DNA of 54,304 nt from an uncultured Candidatus Bathyarchaeia archaeon (GTDB lineage Archaea > Thermoproteota > Bathyarchaeia > 40CM-2-53-6 > CAVXDP01), in the NCBI GenBank assembly GCA_964464765.1, contig CAYXJU010000001.1, positions 1-54,304 on the forward strand, given 5' to 3'. Of the stretch, positions 28,020 through 37,608 are shown one piece after another. Under the pieces are notes generated by a model. It had not been told where the DNA came from and searched no databases. It saw only the letters and a program-made list of their open reading frames with translations. The position numbers and the translations under genes were made by a program. Position 1 is the first letter of the stretch. Each line of letters starts with the position of its first letter.

Positions 28020-30413
28020 TTATTTGATATCCCATGCGAGTCCAGAATCTTCTGCGACACCTCGACCTACGCTCTTTTCCAGCAATAGTCTCTGCTCAAT
28101 GCTTGCTACCCACTTTCTGACTTGAACTACCGCGTCTGGATTCACGGACATCGAATCGATTCCGCTTTCTACTAAGAATCTAATGAAGTCCGGTCCATGT
28201 ACACTTGGGGCCTGGCCGCAGATGGATACGGTCTTACCGTCTCTGTGAGCGACTTCAACCAAGTGTCTTATTGCTCTCTTGACCGCCAGATCACGTTCGT
28301 CAAAGATGTGTCCTACGGTCGCGTTGTCTCTGTCGCATCCTAGTATGAGCATCGTAAGGTCATTTGAACCGATGCTGTAGCCGTCAATGTACTTGTTGAA
28401 CTGATCAGCCAGAATGACGTTGCTTGGTATCTCCGCCATAAGCCATACCTTGAAGTCGGGGCTTCTTCGTAATCCTTCTTCTTCCATGATTTGCACGACT
28501 TTCTTGACTTCGTCGAGGGTACGGACAAAAGGTAGCATGACCCATAGATTCTTCAGTCCGTACTCTTCGCGGACTTTTCTAATTGCTTTCACTTCGAGTT
28601 TGAAAGCTTCTTTGTATTTGGGATCGTAGTACCTCGAAGCTCCACGCCATCCTAGTAAAGCAGAAGGTTCAACTGGTTCATATTTTTCGCCGCCCTCTAA
28701 ATCGCGATATTCACTGGATTTGAAGTCACTGAACCGCAGAACCACAGGTCTTGGGTTCATTGCTGCGCAGACTTTTCTCATTCCTTCAGCAAGTTTCTCG
28801 ACAACCCTCTCAGGCTGACCTATCTCAATCAGGTGGAGTGGATGTTGGTTGATGTCCGAGGCCCAGATGAATTCCTCTCTCATCAAGCCGACTCCATCAC
28901 ACGGTAGTTTGGCTGTCTTTTCAGCTATCTCCGGTTCGCCAAGATTTACCAAGATTTTTGTTCCCGTAACGGGGTAGGATTCTGTGGCTGTAGCGGTAGC
29001 CACCGTCCCTTCCTCAGGTTTCTTCATCGCCTCTTCGAGTATACCTTCGTAGACAACGCCGTTTCCTGCGTCGACAGTGATTTCAGCCATGTTTTGGATA
29101 ACCTGAGTTGCTGGTGTCCCTTTGCTTGCTGTACCTACTATACATGGAATGCCGAGTTCACGGCTCACTATGGCTGCGTGACAGGTCGTTCCGCCGCTGT
29201 TGGTTACTATGGCCTTTGCTTTCCTCATTGCAGGAACCCAGTCTGGTGCAGTCATCTCGGTGACAAGGATTTCTCCTTTCTGGAATTGGTTGATGTCGGT
29301 AACGGACATTATGACGTGAGATTTTCCTGCTGCCATGCCTGGTGAGGCAGGTAGACCTTTGACTATGACTTTTCTTTCGGTTGTTGCAGGTGGTTTCGCT
29401 TCGGCCTTTGGAGCCTTCTTGAAGCTCCAGACGGTTTCTGGTCTCGCTTGAAGTATCCATAGCTTGTTGTTTCTCTCATCCAGTCCCCATTCGATGTCCA
29501 TGTGGCGCCCATAGTGTTTCTCTATCGCCAGTGCGTGTCGGGCAAGTTCTTTGATCTGTTCATCTGTTAGGACTTGTTTGTTCTTCAAGTCAGCAGGAAC
29601 CGATGCTTCGTAGGTGCCTCCGTCAGGTTTTCGAACCAGTTGACGAATCTTCTCGGGAACGTTCTTGGTAACTATCTTGAGGTCATTCTTGCTTACGTAG
29701 TACTCGTCGGGCGTGACGGTGCCTTGTACAACAAATTCTCCTAAGCCATATGCTGCTTCTATCAAGATTTGACTTTCGTCGCCGTTCGAAACATTAAGTG
29801 TGAACATGACTCCAGCTGACTTTGAGTATACCATCATTTGGACTGCTGCTGAAAGGGCTACGGTCATGTGATCAAAGCCTTTCTGAACGCGATAAAATAT
29901 TGCCCGGTCTGTGAAGAGGCTGGCGTAACATTCTCTGACTTTTTCAGCGACTTGATCTCCACCTGAAACATTCAGATAAGTTTCCTGTTGACCAGCAAAG
30001 CTCGCATCAGGCAGGTCTTCGGCGGTCGCTGAGGATCGAATCGCGACGTAGGGATTGGAGTCTCCGCTCTTCTTCGCAAGTTGCTTGTAGGCTGCTACAA
30101 TCTCGTTATGAAGATCTTTGGGCATAGTGGATTCGAGGACTAAAGTCCTAGCGGTCTTGCCGACCTTCTGAAGAGTCCTTGTATCATTTGGGTCGACAAG
30201 TTCCTTCATGATCCCCGCTATCTTCGCATCTAGCTTAGCCTCTTTCATGAAATGTTTGTAGGCGGCGGCGGTGGTTGCGAAGCCGTATGGAACGGGAACT
30301 TTGGTTTTCTGCGTCATCTCTCCAAGGCTTGCGGATTTGCCACCTACGAGAGGAACTTCATCCTTACCGAGTTCATCAAACCAGAGAACGTATTTCTCAC
30401 TTTTTTCGGGCAT
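28020..30413 (-). CDS. ppsA: Phosphoenolpyruvate synthase (pyruvate, water dikinase)
   Basis: 797 aa. ATP-grasp N-domain (GGKSASLGEM), phosphohistidine swivel motif GGTTCHAAIVSRELGIPCIVG, and PEP-utilising C-domain (GSNDLTMLILGCDRD). Confidence 0.95.
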   Translation of the reverse strand: MPEKSEKYVLWFDELGKDEVPLVGGKSASLGEMTQKTKVPVPYGFATTAAAYKHFMKEAKLDAKIAGIMKELVDPNDTRTLQKVGKTARTLVLESTMPKDLHNEIVAAYKQLAKKSGDSNPYVAIRSSATAEDLPDASFAGQQETYLNVSGGDQVAEKVRECYASLFTDRAIFYRVQKGFDHMTVALSAAVQMMVYSKSAGVMFTLNVSNGDESQILIEAAYGLGEFVVQGTVTPDEYYVSKNDLKIVTKNVPEKIRQLVRKPDGGTYEASVPADLKNKQVLTDEQIKELARHALAIEKHYGRHMDIEWGLDERNNKLWILQARPETVWSFKKAPKAEAKPPATTERKVIVKGLPASPGMAAGKSHVIMSVTDINQFQKGEILVTEMTAPDWVPAMRKAKAIVTNSGGTTCHAAIVSRELGIPCIVGTASKGTPATQVIQNMAEITVDAGNGVVYEGILEEAMKKPEEGTVATATATESYPVTGTKILVNLGEPEIAEKTAKLPCDGVGLMREEFIWASDINQHPLHLIEIGQPERVVEKLAEGMRKVCAAMNPRPVVLRFSDFKSSEYRDLEGGEKYEPVEPSALLGWRGASRYYDPKYKEAFKLEVKAIRKVREEYGLKNLWVMLPFVRTLDEVKKVVQIMEEEGLRRSPDFKVWLMAEIPSNVILADQFNKYIDGYSIGSNDLTMLILGCDRDNATVGHIFDERDLAVKRAIRHLVEVAHRDGKTVSICGQAPSVHGPDFIRFLVESGIDSMSVNPDAVVQVRKWVASIEQRLLLEKSVGRGVAEDSGLAWDIK

Positions 30414-30543
30414 CTACCAACACCAATCTTCCAGTAAGAGGTATTCTAGTATGAGATTGCCCAGTCATCCTTTGCCACGCATAAAAGCGTTTTGACTGCG
30501 TCGTTTAGGCAAGCTACTCTGCAAACAGAGCAAGTTAGAGGCG

Positions 30544-31074
30544 TTACGCAGCTATCTGAGGCTCAATCTTCTCGATAGAAATCCTACAAGGCATAGGCAA
30601 CTTTGATGAGGAGATTCTCAAGGCTTCTTTGGCATGGTCGAGCGCAGACTCATTGATGTAGATGTCTATGACAGACTTGTTCGATCGTATTACTGCTGCT
30701 CTTCCGGTAGGTTTTCCAAATGACCTCCTCATTCCCTCTTGCAACCTGTCCGCTCCGGCTGTTGCAATCATTCTGTTCTCTCTCAGAATCACATGAGGAT
30801 ACGTAACTACCTTGATCAGGTAGCCTGTCTCACCAAGTTTGTCAAACAAGACTTTGTTTGCGGCCACTCGAGCTGCTTCAAGGGCGTTGTGCCGAACTTG
30901 GACCGCGCTCTCCGCCAGAAGCGAGACCTTGTACTGATAGGTTGCTTTGGAGTCACCCATTGTGAACTTCTGTACCTTTGATACTGGCGCCCCGTGAATG
31001 TATTTTTGTCTTGTATAGGGTTGTCCTTTGGGAACCCTGTAGTTTCGACCTTTCGTAACTAGCCACCTAAAGAT
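30544..31074 (-). CDS. rpl10e: 50S ribosomal protein L10e (uL16)
   Basis: The track ORF (ATG 30960) lacks the conserved N-terminus. The upstream in-frame sequence reads ..LVTKGRNYRVPKGQPYTRQKYIHGAPVSKVQKFTMGD, matching the L10e N-terminal consensus (..R.YR....PYTR.EYI.G.P..KI..F.MG). The 5' end is uncertain because there is no canonical start (see finding). Confidence 0.85.
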   Translation of the reverse strand: MFRWLVTKGRNYRVPKGQPYTRQKYIHGAPVSKVQKFTMGDSKATYQYKVSLLAESAVQVRHNALEAARVAANKVLFDKLGETGYLIKVVTYPHVILRENRMIATAGADRLQEGMRRSFGKPTGRAAVIRSNKSVIDIYINESALDHAKEALRISSSKLPMPCRISIEKIEPQIAA

Positions 31075-31091
31075 TTGCCAGCATAGAGCCT

Positions 31092-31865
31092 TTACGTCGT
31101 TATATAAAGACTTGCTGATTCCTTAGTCAATTGTCTCCGCTTCCAATAGTGGTCGATTAATCTAAGATTCTTTCGAAACACTCCCATCAGAAGAGAAGTT
31201 TCTCGCTGAGTCATAAATGATCGATATGCTACGTTGTGAAATGCTCTCTTGGCTAGCTTCTGTCTGTAAACAGGAAGATCGCTGTGAGTAGTCAATCCGT
31301 TGAAAAGCCTGATCAACCTGTCCAGAGCTTCTCTGTCAGAACCTGTCCTCCTAAGATTCTTTTTTGTTCTCTGGACTTTGAACAGCTCGTAGAAAACTAT
31401 CGTCGCAGCATGTGATATGTTCAATGTAGGGTATTCTGGGTTCGTGGGAATCGTTAGAACCAAGTCACAGAGCCTAAGCTCCTCGTTTGACAGCCCGGTC
31501 GTGTCTCTTCCGAAGACGATCGCTGTTTTTCGTCGCGACAGAATTGTTCTTTCTGCAAAAGTTGCTGGGTCACTTGTAGATCTCAGTACATTCCTGCTCG
31601 ATTTTCCGTGTTGAGCAGTAGTGCCTATGACAAGATCCATGTCTCTTATCGCATCTTCGAGCGACGTTGTTATCTTGGCGTTATCTATCACGTCCTTTGC
31701 ATGTGAAGCAAAGATCCTAGATTCGTTTCCCAGATCTACCATGGGGTTGACGACAAGCAGATCTTTGATACCGAAGTTCTTCATCGCTCGTGCAACATAG
31801 CCTACGTTTGCCTCGTACAACGGTTCGACCAATACGACTATTAGGCCTAACAATGCTGCCACCAA
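31092..31865 (-). CDS. SpoU/TrmH-family RNA 2'-O-methyltransferase (TrmJ-like)
   Basis: VVLVEPLYEANVGYVARAMKNFG...LVVVNP, FGRDTTGLSNEEL and IPTNPEYPTLNISHAATIV motifs. TTG/GTG start. Confidence 0.8.
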   Translation of the reverse strand: MVAALLGLIVVLVEPLYEANVGYVARAMKNFGIKDLLVVNPMVDLGNESRIFASHAKDVIDNAKITTSLEDAIRDMDLVIGTTAQHGKSSRNVLRSTSDPATFAERTILSRRKTAIVFGRDTTGLSNEELRLCDLVLTIPTNPEYPTLNISHAATIVFYELFKVQRTKKNLRRTGSDREALDRLIRLFNGLTTHSDLPVYRQKLAKRAFHNVAYRSFMTQRETSLLMGVFRKNLRLIDHYWKRRQLTKESASLYITT

Positions 31866-31874
31866 ATCATAGTT

Positions 31875-32711
31875 CTAGTTGTCTTTGCATGAGGATTGAG
31901 ACTGGATTCTCTCCTTCAGAGCTGAGCTGAGTCCATTCGAGAGTTCTTCGAATTCTTTCACGGTCATTTCATACACTCTCGAATTAGGCGGTTTCAGTTC
32001 TCTAACGAGATCTCGATCTAGCCCACGCATTTTCGATTTCAAGTAATGAGTTAGAACTTTTTCTACTCGTTTCCTTCTCTGCGTGAATAGTTCTCGAACT
32101 AACTCGTCAAAGAGTGATTGATCAGATAACCAATGTGGATTTTGTCTTGGCTTCAATACCACAATTACAGAGTCAACTTTGGGTATAGGGTAGAACGATT
32201 GTCTTGGAACAGGATCAAGCATATCTACAGTCATTTTTTGTTGGACCGCAACAGTCACTCTCCTGTAGCCTGGAGTTCCATTCTTCGCCATTAACTTCTG
32301 CGCGAATTCTTTCTGTAATGTAAGTATCGCTAGTTCGAATGTCTTCTTTGTTAGAAGAAGCATGAACTTGGACGATATATAGTAGGGGATGTTTGAAACG
32401 ATCTTGTTGAAGTCAGGGAGCCTTTGTCTTAGGACGTCGCCCTCGATAATCTCAACAGTACGTAGTGCATTGAACCTTCTTCTTAGTAGCTCAACTAGCC
32501 GTGGATCTTTTTCGATTGCGATGACTTTGCCCGTAATCTCTGCCATCATTGAAGTGATGGCGCCGTCTCCTGGTCCGACCTCAAGAACTACGTCATCTTT
32601 CTTCAGAGAAGCGTAACGAACCAGTTTCTTCTGCAGATCTCTATCAACTAAGAAGTGTTGGCCAAGTCTTCTGTTAGGTTTCAATCCGTGAGGAAATGAT
32701 TCAAGTTGCAT
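31875..32711 (-). CDS. rsmA: 16S rRNA dimethyladenosine transferase RsmA/KsgA (Dim1)
   Basis: LGQHFLVD, VLEVGPGDGAIT and SNIPYYISS motifs. Confidence 0.92.
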   Translation of the reverse strand: MQLESFPHGLKPNRRLGQHFLVDRDLQKKLVRYASLKKDDVVLEVGPGDGAITSMMAEITGKVIAIEKDPRLVELLRRRFNALRTVEIIEGDVLRQRLPDFNKIVSNIPYYISSKFMLLLTKKTFELAILTLQKEFAQKLMAKNGTPGYRRVTVAVQQKMTVDMLDPVPRQSFYPIPKVDSVIVVLKPRQNPHWLSDQSLFDELVRELFTQRRKRVEKVLTHYLKSKMRGLDRDLVRELKPPNSRVYEMTVKEFEELSNGLSSALKERIQSQSSCKDN

Positions 32712-32712
32712 G

Positions 32713-33339
32713 TCACTGTGCGGCCCTCGTGAAGAGCCTGTACTTGGATTCTCCGCTTAGTTCTTCAATTACCCTTCTCGCTATGAGTTTGGATGGATCG
32801 CCTATTCCTGTTCTCTTCTTTATGTCAGAAAAATTGTCGAAAGGTTTCTTTTCTCTTTGATTGATTATTTGCCACATGAGCTTCTTTCCTATTCCAGGTA
32901 GAAGTTCCAGTACATGCATCCTCGGCGTCACGGCCTGAGCTTTGTTGAAGAAGCCCACGAAGCGTTTCTCCTGATTCTTGGCTATGTCCTCGATTACCGA
33001 CTGAAGCTCTGCTTGTGCTCCCACGGTTAGTTCCTCATTTCCAATGCGACCTATTACGCGGTCGACCTTCTCTCTCCGTTCCCGTCCGACGTATATCCTT
33101 TCTCGGATATTTGTTGAAGCGCCTGGTTTCAGTTGAGCTTCTAGAAGGGTGAAGAAGCTTTCTCCAACGACCTGAACTGTTGGCACGGCCATGTGTCTCG
33201 CTCTATCGGAGGTCGCTCTTCCATAAGGAAGTAGATCAAGGACGTAGGCATACTCTTCGTAAACCTTCGTTGGATACTGCCTGGTCGAAGTGGAGGCAGT
33301 GTTTTCCGTTACCCTATATTGTCTGTCAACGCTGCTCAA
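32713..33339 (-). CDS. DUF655 (COG1491) OB-fold/HhH nucleic-acid-binding protein
   Basis: EEYAYVLDLLPYG...VQVVGESFFTLLEA pattern and a C-terminal HhH-like LELLPGIGKKLMWQII. Has the conserved archaeal linkage to ksgA. TTG start. Confidence 0.75.
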   Translation of the reverse strand: MSSVDRQYRVTENTASTSTRQYPTKVYEEYAYVLDLLPYGRATSDRARHMAVPTVQVVGESFFTLLEAQLKPGASTNIRERIYVGRERREKVDRVIGRIGNEELTVGAQAELQSVIEDIAKNQEKRFVGFFNKAQAVTPRMHVLELLPGIGKKLMWQIINQREKKPFDNFSDIKKRTGIGDPSKLIARRVIEELSGESKYRLFTRAAQ

Positions 33340-33517
33340 CTGTCATGCTCCCTCTTGGAACAAGAGACTATTCGAATTGAATCAGTGTTGCCACTAGGCT
33401 ACGAATGGTGTTCCTGGTGCCACGTGAAGTGGAATTGAGCAGCGTGGAGTGTGCCATCAGATATCCATCTAAGATTAGAGCCCGTTGAAGTTAAAATAGG
33501 TTGCTAACGTGATTGGG

Positions 33518-33868
33518 CTAGTCCGAAGAAGCTTCTTCTTTCCTATGGTTGTTGATTACCTTCAATACGTCGTCGAGCTGGGCGATTGGAATTACACGCC
33601 CCTTGACGGCTAAAATGGCTCGCAGTTCTTCTACTGTTGCTGGCATACAGTTGACTATCTGTATTGCATCTGACCTTTCCAGTTTGAACTGGTTGATCAA
33701 TGATTCGACCAGTTTAGATGCGTCTGATCCGGGAAGTCTTGAGAACTTCACCGTATAGTCCAGAGTACGTCTTTGGAATTCGCCCAGTTCTTCCTGTTTC
33801 GCTTTCTCAAGAACTTTGCGAGCATCAGCTATGGTAACTCTCTTTTCGTCAATAACCTTTCGAGGCAT
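33518..33868 (-). CDS. rpoF: DNA-directed RNA polymerase subunit F (Rpo4)
   Basis: 116 aa. VTIADARKVLEK....L..FQRRTLDYTVKFSRL pattern typical of Rpo4/RpoF. Confidence 0.8.
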   Translation of the reverse strand: MPRKVIDEKRVTIADARKVLEKAKQEELGEFQRRTLDYTVKFSRLPGSDASKLVESLINQFKLERSDAIQIVNCMPATVEELRAILAVKGRVIPIAQLDDVLKVINNHRKEEASSD

Positions 33869-33878
33869 CGTTGCTCAC

Positions 33879-34181
33879 TCATAGTGGCGCGATATGTTCT
33901 GGCCTTACTATCAGGTTCTTCTCTTTGTCTCCCATCCTTAGGCTGACTAGATAGCTCCTTCCCCGTTTTCCCTCGATCACTCCAACCTTGCCTTGAAATC
34001 TTCTGTGGGGCATACCTTTGTGTACACTCGGGTCAATCTTAACGCAGACTTTGTCTCCAAGCTCATAGATTCGAAGTATTCTGCTCAGCCCGAGCTTTCC
34101 TTTCTCTCTTGGATCTTTCCTGAGAAGAGCTCGTGTTCTAGCTCGGTAACCACTAGATTTCTTGACCAAAGCTTTCACCAA
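33879..34181 (-). CDS. rpl21e: 50S ribosomal protein L21e
   Basis: SSGYRARTR...GD.V.VKIDPSVHKGMPHRRFQGKVG.I pattern. 100 aa. TTG/GTG start. Confidence 0.9.
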   Translation of the reverse strand: MVKALVKKSSGYRARTRALLRKDPREKGKLGLSRILRIYELGDKVCVKIDPSVHKGMPHRRFQGKVGVIEGKRGRSYLVSLRMGDKEKNLIVRPEHIAPL

Positions 34182-34242
34182 TGTTTCCGATTTTAGACCG
34201 CGCGTCTATTGCAACAGCGGATCGGCATATATGGGTATTCCT

Positions 34243-35577
34243 CTACTGGGCAGCGAACGGCATCCTCTTCCCAAGGGTCAGTTGACGCCTCTTCAATGAT
34301 TTCACCATCTTCTTCATCATGAAATACTGGTTCACAAGTTCCTTGACATCTCTCTCGCTTTTCCCTGAACCTCTAGCGATTCTATGAGCTCTCGAGGAAT
34401 CAATTGTCTTTGGGTCCTCAACTTCCTCCTTTCTCATCGATTGAATGATTATCCTCCAATCATCGAGTTTCTTTTCCGCGACCTCTATCTGATCATCGGG
34501 TATGTTGACGCCTCCAGGCATCATCTTCCAAATCTTCCTCAGGGGTCCCATACGGCGAAGCCCTTCCATCTGATGATAGAGATCACTCAATGTGAATCGG
34601 CCCTGCATGAAAGCCTTGACCTTCGCTTCAGGGATATTCAGCTCAGCATCCTTCACACGGTCCAAAACGGCTTGAAGATCTCCCATCCCTAGAAGTCGGC
34701 CAACGAAGTTCGCTGGAATGAACGGTTCAATATCTTCAATCTTCTCGCCCGTCCCAACAAACTTTATCTTTGCCCCCGTTGCCGCCACGGCTGAAAGTGC
34801 TCCACCTCCTTTCGCGGATCCATCCAGTTTCGTCACGTAGATTGAACCGATAGTAGTTGCATCGTTGAATGCCTTGGCATGCACCATCGCTTGCTGCCCT
34901 ATCGTGCCATCTATCGCCAAAAGAATCTCGTCAGGCTTGACGACATCGGAAAGGTTCTTCATTTCCTCCATTAGTGCTTTCTCGTCTTTGTGTCTTCCAG
35001 CAGTGTCAACCAGTACGACATTATACTTTTCGCTCCGCAGTTTCTCAACTCCTGTTCGCACTATTTTTTCAGGATTCTTTTCATTGGGATCACCGTAGAT
35101 AGCTACTCCAACCTTGTCGGCCATCTGCTTGAGTTGTTCGTAAGCTCCGGGCCGATAAACGTCAGCGCAAACAACGCCAGTTCTAAGACCCCTCTTTTGA
35201 TAGTACCTGGCGATCTTTATTGCACCAGTTGTCTTTCCAGTCCCCTGAATGCCCACTAACATAATAACATTGGTTCTTCCTTCTTGGAGGGCAATCTTTG
35301 CGGGTTCCTCGCCTAAGAACTTGGTCAGTTCTTCATAGAGAACCTTGACCACATGCTCTCTTCTGGAGATACCGGGTGGAAGGTTCTCCTTTATTGATCT
35401 CTCCTCGACCTTTTTCGATATCTCCAGAACTAGATTCACGTTTACATCGGCTTGAAGCAGAGATCTTTGAAGGTCTTTGACCAATTCCTTGATAGCAGCT
35501 TCATCAACGATGGGCAGCTTTAGCAGTTTCTTAACGGATTCGCTCAGGGATTTCGCCAGACTTTCGAGCGCGCTCAT
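34243..35577 (-). CDS. srp54: Signal recognition particle protein SRP54
   Basis: N domain, G domain ([19 protein letters not shown]) and a Met-rich M domain. Confidence 0.95.
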   Translation of the reverse strand: MSALESLAKSLSESVKKLLKLPIVDEAAIKELVKDLQRSLLQADVNVNLVLEISKKVEERSIKENLPPGISRREHVVKVLYEELTKFLGEEPAKIALQEGRTNVIMLVGIQGTGKTTGAIKIARYYQKRGLRTGVVCADVYRPGAYEQLKQMADKVGVAIYGDPNEKNPEKIVRTGVEKLRSEKYNVVLVDTAGRHKDEKALMEEMKNLSDVVKPDEILLAIDGTIGQQAMVHAKAFNDATTIGSIYVTKLDGSAKGGGALSAVAATGAKIKFVGTGEKIEDIEPFIPANFVGRLLGMGDLQAVLDRVKDAELNIPEAKVKAFMQGRFTLSDLYHQMEGLRRMGPLRKIWKMMPGGVNIPDDQIEVAEKKLDDWRIIIQSMRKEEVEDPKTIDSSRAHRIARGSGKSERDVKELVNQYFMMKKMVKSLKRRQLTLGKRMPFAAQ

Positions 35578-35893
35578 CAGACATTACCAACGGTTCTAGA
35601 CTATGTCAACACGATTCAAGAAGCTACTATGCGTCAACTCTTAAACATTGGTTGTCTACTACGATCAGATGGCAAGTCGCTCTCATTGGATACTGGGATG
35701 ACCTATCATGCAAGACGGATTCGCTGTGACGTTTTCTCGCTTTCTTGCTTCTGAGAAGAGCGAGACATAACCATCGTCAGAGTTCATGTTGTTGGTCGGT
35801 TTGGACCTTGGCGAATATGCAGCGTCGACGCCAACCTTAAATCAACTGTGTCTTCACTTTGTAAACATGGAGTAGGAGAGTTCCCAGAGAAAA

Positions 35894-36664
35894 ATGTCAA
35901 AGAAAGGGAATGTGAGAGAGACTAGTGGGCCAGTGAGAGTGCTTCAGAGAAAACCCCTACCACGGAAGTTCACACTCATGAATGCTCTTCCTGATGTTGG
36001 GCTCGTTGGAGTGGTCGCAGGTTCACAGATAGTGTCGTCTCTCGGAATGAAAGAGATTGGAGCAGTGGAGTCTGCACTATTCCCACCACTCGTCGTTCTT
36101 CATGATGGTGTTCCGAAATCACCCATCAGAATCTTTGCGAAAGAGTCATTGGCAGTGATTATTGCTGAGACGGCTATACCAGCAGGAGCAGTCTATCCAA
36201 TTGCGGAAGCCATAGTGAGTTGGGCATCTTCGACAGGCGCCAAGTTGGTCTTGTCAATAGGGGGCATGGCTGTACAGAATCGCCAAGACATAGAATCTCC
36301 AAAGGTCTTTGCAGCGTTGTCGGACAAGAAACTCTCTAGAATGGTTGATGGTGCCGCCGAAGTCTTGGGTGAGGGATACATTGTAGGGGCTTATGCTATT
36401 ATGCTCAAGAGATGCGCTGAGATTGGTCTTTCAGCAATCGCTCTTCTAACGCAGTCCTATTATAACTATCCGGACCCTGAAGCGGCGGCTGCAGCTGTGA
36501 AATCAGTGAACAAGGTACTAGGGTTGAGTGTTGATACTTCTGAGCTGTTGCGGAAAGGAGAAGAGATCCGGCTTCGAGGAAAAGATATTATGAAACGAAC
36601 GCAGACCGAGATGGCAAGGATAAACAAGTCTCAGGAATACGATGTTCCTCCACTTTATGGGTAG
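35894..36664 (+). CDS. PAC2-family proteasome assembly chaperone (PbaA/PbaB-like), copy 2, with C-terminal HbYX motif
   Basis: LPDVGLVGVVAGSQIVSSL signature. The C-terminus ...DVPPLYG ends in Leu-Tyr-Gly, which is an HbYX motif. Confidence 0.7.
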   Translation: MSKKGNVRETSGPVRVLQRKPLPRKFTLMNALPDVGLVGVVAGSQIVSSLGMKEIGAVESALFPPLVVLHDGVPKSPIRIFAKESLAVIIAETAIPAGAVYPIAEAIVSWASSTGAKLVLSIGGMAVQNRQDIESPKVFAALSDKKLSRMVDGAAEVLGEGYIVGAYAIMLKRCAEIGLSAIALLTQSYYNYPDPEAAAAAVKSVNKVLGLSVDTSELLRKGEEIRLRGKDIMKRTQTEMARINKSQEYDVPPLYG

Positions 36665-36673
36665 TGTTACTCC

Positions 36674-37072
36674 ATGAGCAAGGAAAGAAAAAAGCTGGAT
36701 TTTTCCAATTACCTGAAGAGGACCGAGCAGATTACTGAGAGAATGCTCACAAGCGGATGGAATGAGGCCTGTTCCACTATTGAACCGCTATCAGACATCA
36801 TATTGGGAGCGTCCGAAGTGGTCGTAACCATGGATCTACCCTATGTAGATCCAAATGCTGTTCAAGTGAACGTTACGGCAGATGATACAATTGAAGTGCA
36901 GGCGAAGACGAAACATAAGATCCGCCTTCACGAGATGGGAGTCAAACATAGAAAAAGCGAATTCAACCTCTACCATACCGTGCTCCATATGCCAGTTCCA
37001 GTGAATGAAGAAGGGATGACCCACAAACTGAAACGAGGAATACTTGAGATTCACATACCACGACAGAAATGA
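36674..37072 (+). CDS. Hsp20/alpha-crystallin family small heat-shock protein
   Basis: Alpha-crystallin-like core (VVVTMDLPYVDPNAVQVNV..DTIEVQAK ... GILEIHIPR). Confidence 0.7.
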   Translation: MSKERKKLDFSNYLKRTEQITERMLTSGWNEACSTIEPLSDIILGASEVVVTMDLPYVDPNAVQVNVTADDTIEVQAKTKHKIRLHEMGVKHRKSEFNLYHTVLHMPVPVNEEGMTHKLKRGILEIHIPRQK

Positions 37073-37114
37073 CCCCCTATTTTAATCCCCTTGATAAAAC
37101 TATGAAATCGTAAG

Positions 37115-37139
37115 GGAGAACGGCTTCTCCTTTTATATA
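37115..37139 (+). terminator. Hairpin plus T-run after the hsp20 gene, overlapping a TATA-like box for eif5a
   Basis: GGAGAA-CGGC-TTCTCC (6 bp stem) is followed immediately by TTTTATATA. The aIF5A ATG lies about 60 nt downstream. Confidence 0.4.
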
Positions 37140-37197
37140 GATCTCCATTGACAATACTCAAAACCTGTCCGCATTCGAATGTTCAGTAGTGGTTGGC

Positions 37198-37593
37198 ATG
37201 AGTAAACCAGTTGACGTTGGAAGTCTGAAGATTGGTCACTACGTTGTGATTGACGGCGAACCCTGCAAGATAGTTGAATACGAAAAATCTAAACCTGGAA
37301 AGCACGGTGCCGCGAAGGCTAGGATAGTCGCCATTTCGGTTCTGACAAACCAGAAAAAGAATGTGATTAGTCCCGTCGATGGCAAGATAGAGGTTCCTAT
37401 GATTGAGAAGAAGACTGGTCAAGTGATCTCAATGAGTGGAAGCATGATTCAATTGATGGATCTTGAGACTTACCAGACGTTCGAGACACAGATGCCTACT
37501 GATGAAGAAATCAAGGGAAAACTGGCATCTGGAACTGAAGTCGAGTACTGGAATATGCTCGGCAAGATTAAGATAGTTAGAGTAAAGGGTTAG
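37198..37593 (+). CDS. eif5a: Translation initiation/elongation factor aIF5A
   Basis: Hypusination loop SKPGKHGAAKARI. The OB-fold C-terminal domain is present. ATG 37198 is preferred over GTG 37189. Confidence 0.92.
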   Translation: MSKPVDVGSLKIGHYVVIDGEPCKIVEYEKSKPGKHGAAKARIVAISVLTNQKKNVISPVDGKIEVPMIEKKTGQVISMSGSMIQLMDLETYQTFETQMPTDEEIKGKLASGTEVEYWNMLGKIKIVRVKG

Positions 37594-37608
37594 AGCATCG
37601 ACTGTTGA

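Noticed and set aside
35578-35893. Considered whether the long gap next to srp54 encodes SRP (7S) RNA.
   Set aside because: The region is AT-rich. It lacks the GC-rich 5'/3' pairing, the helix 8 GNAR/AGCA-type motifs and the extended helices expected of archaeal 7S RNA.
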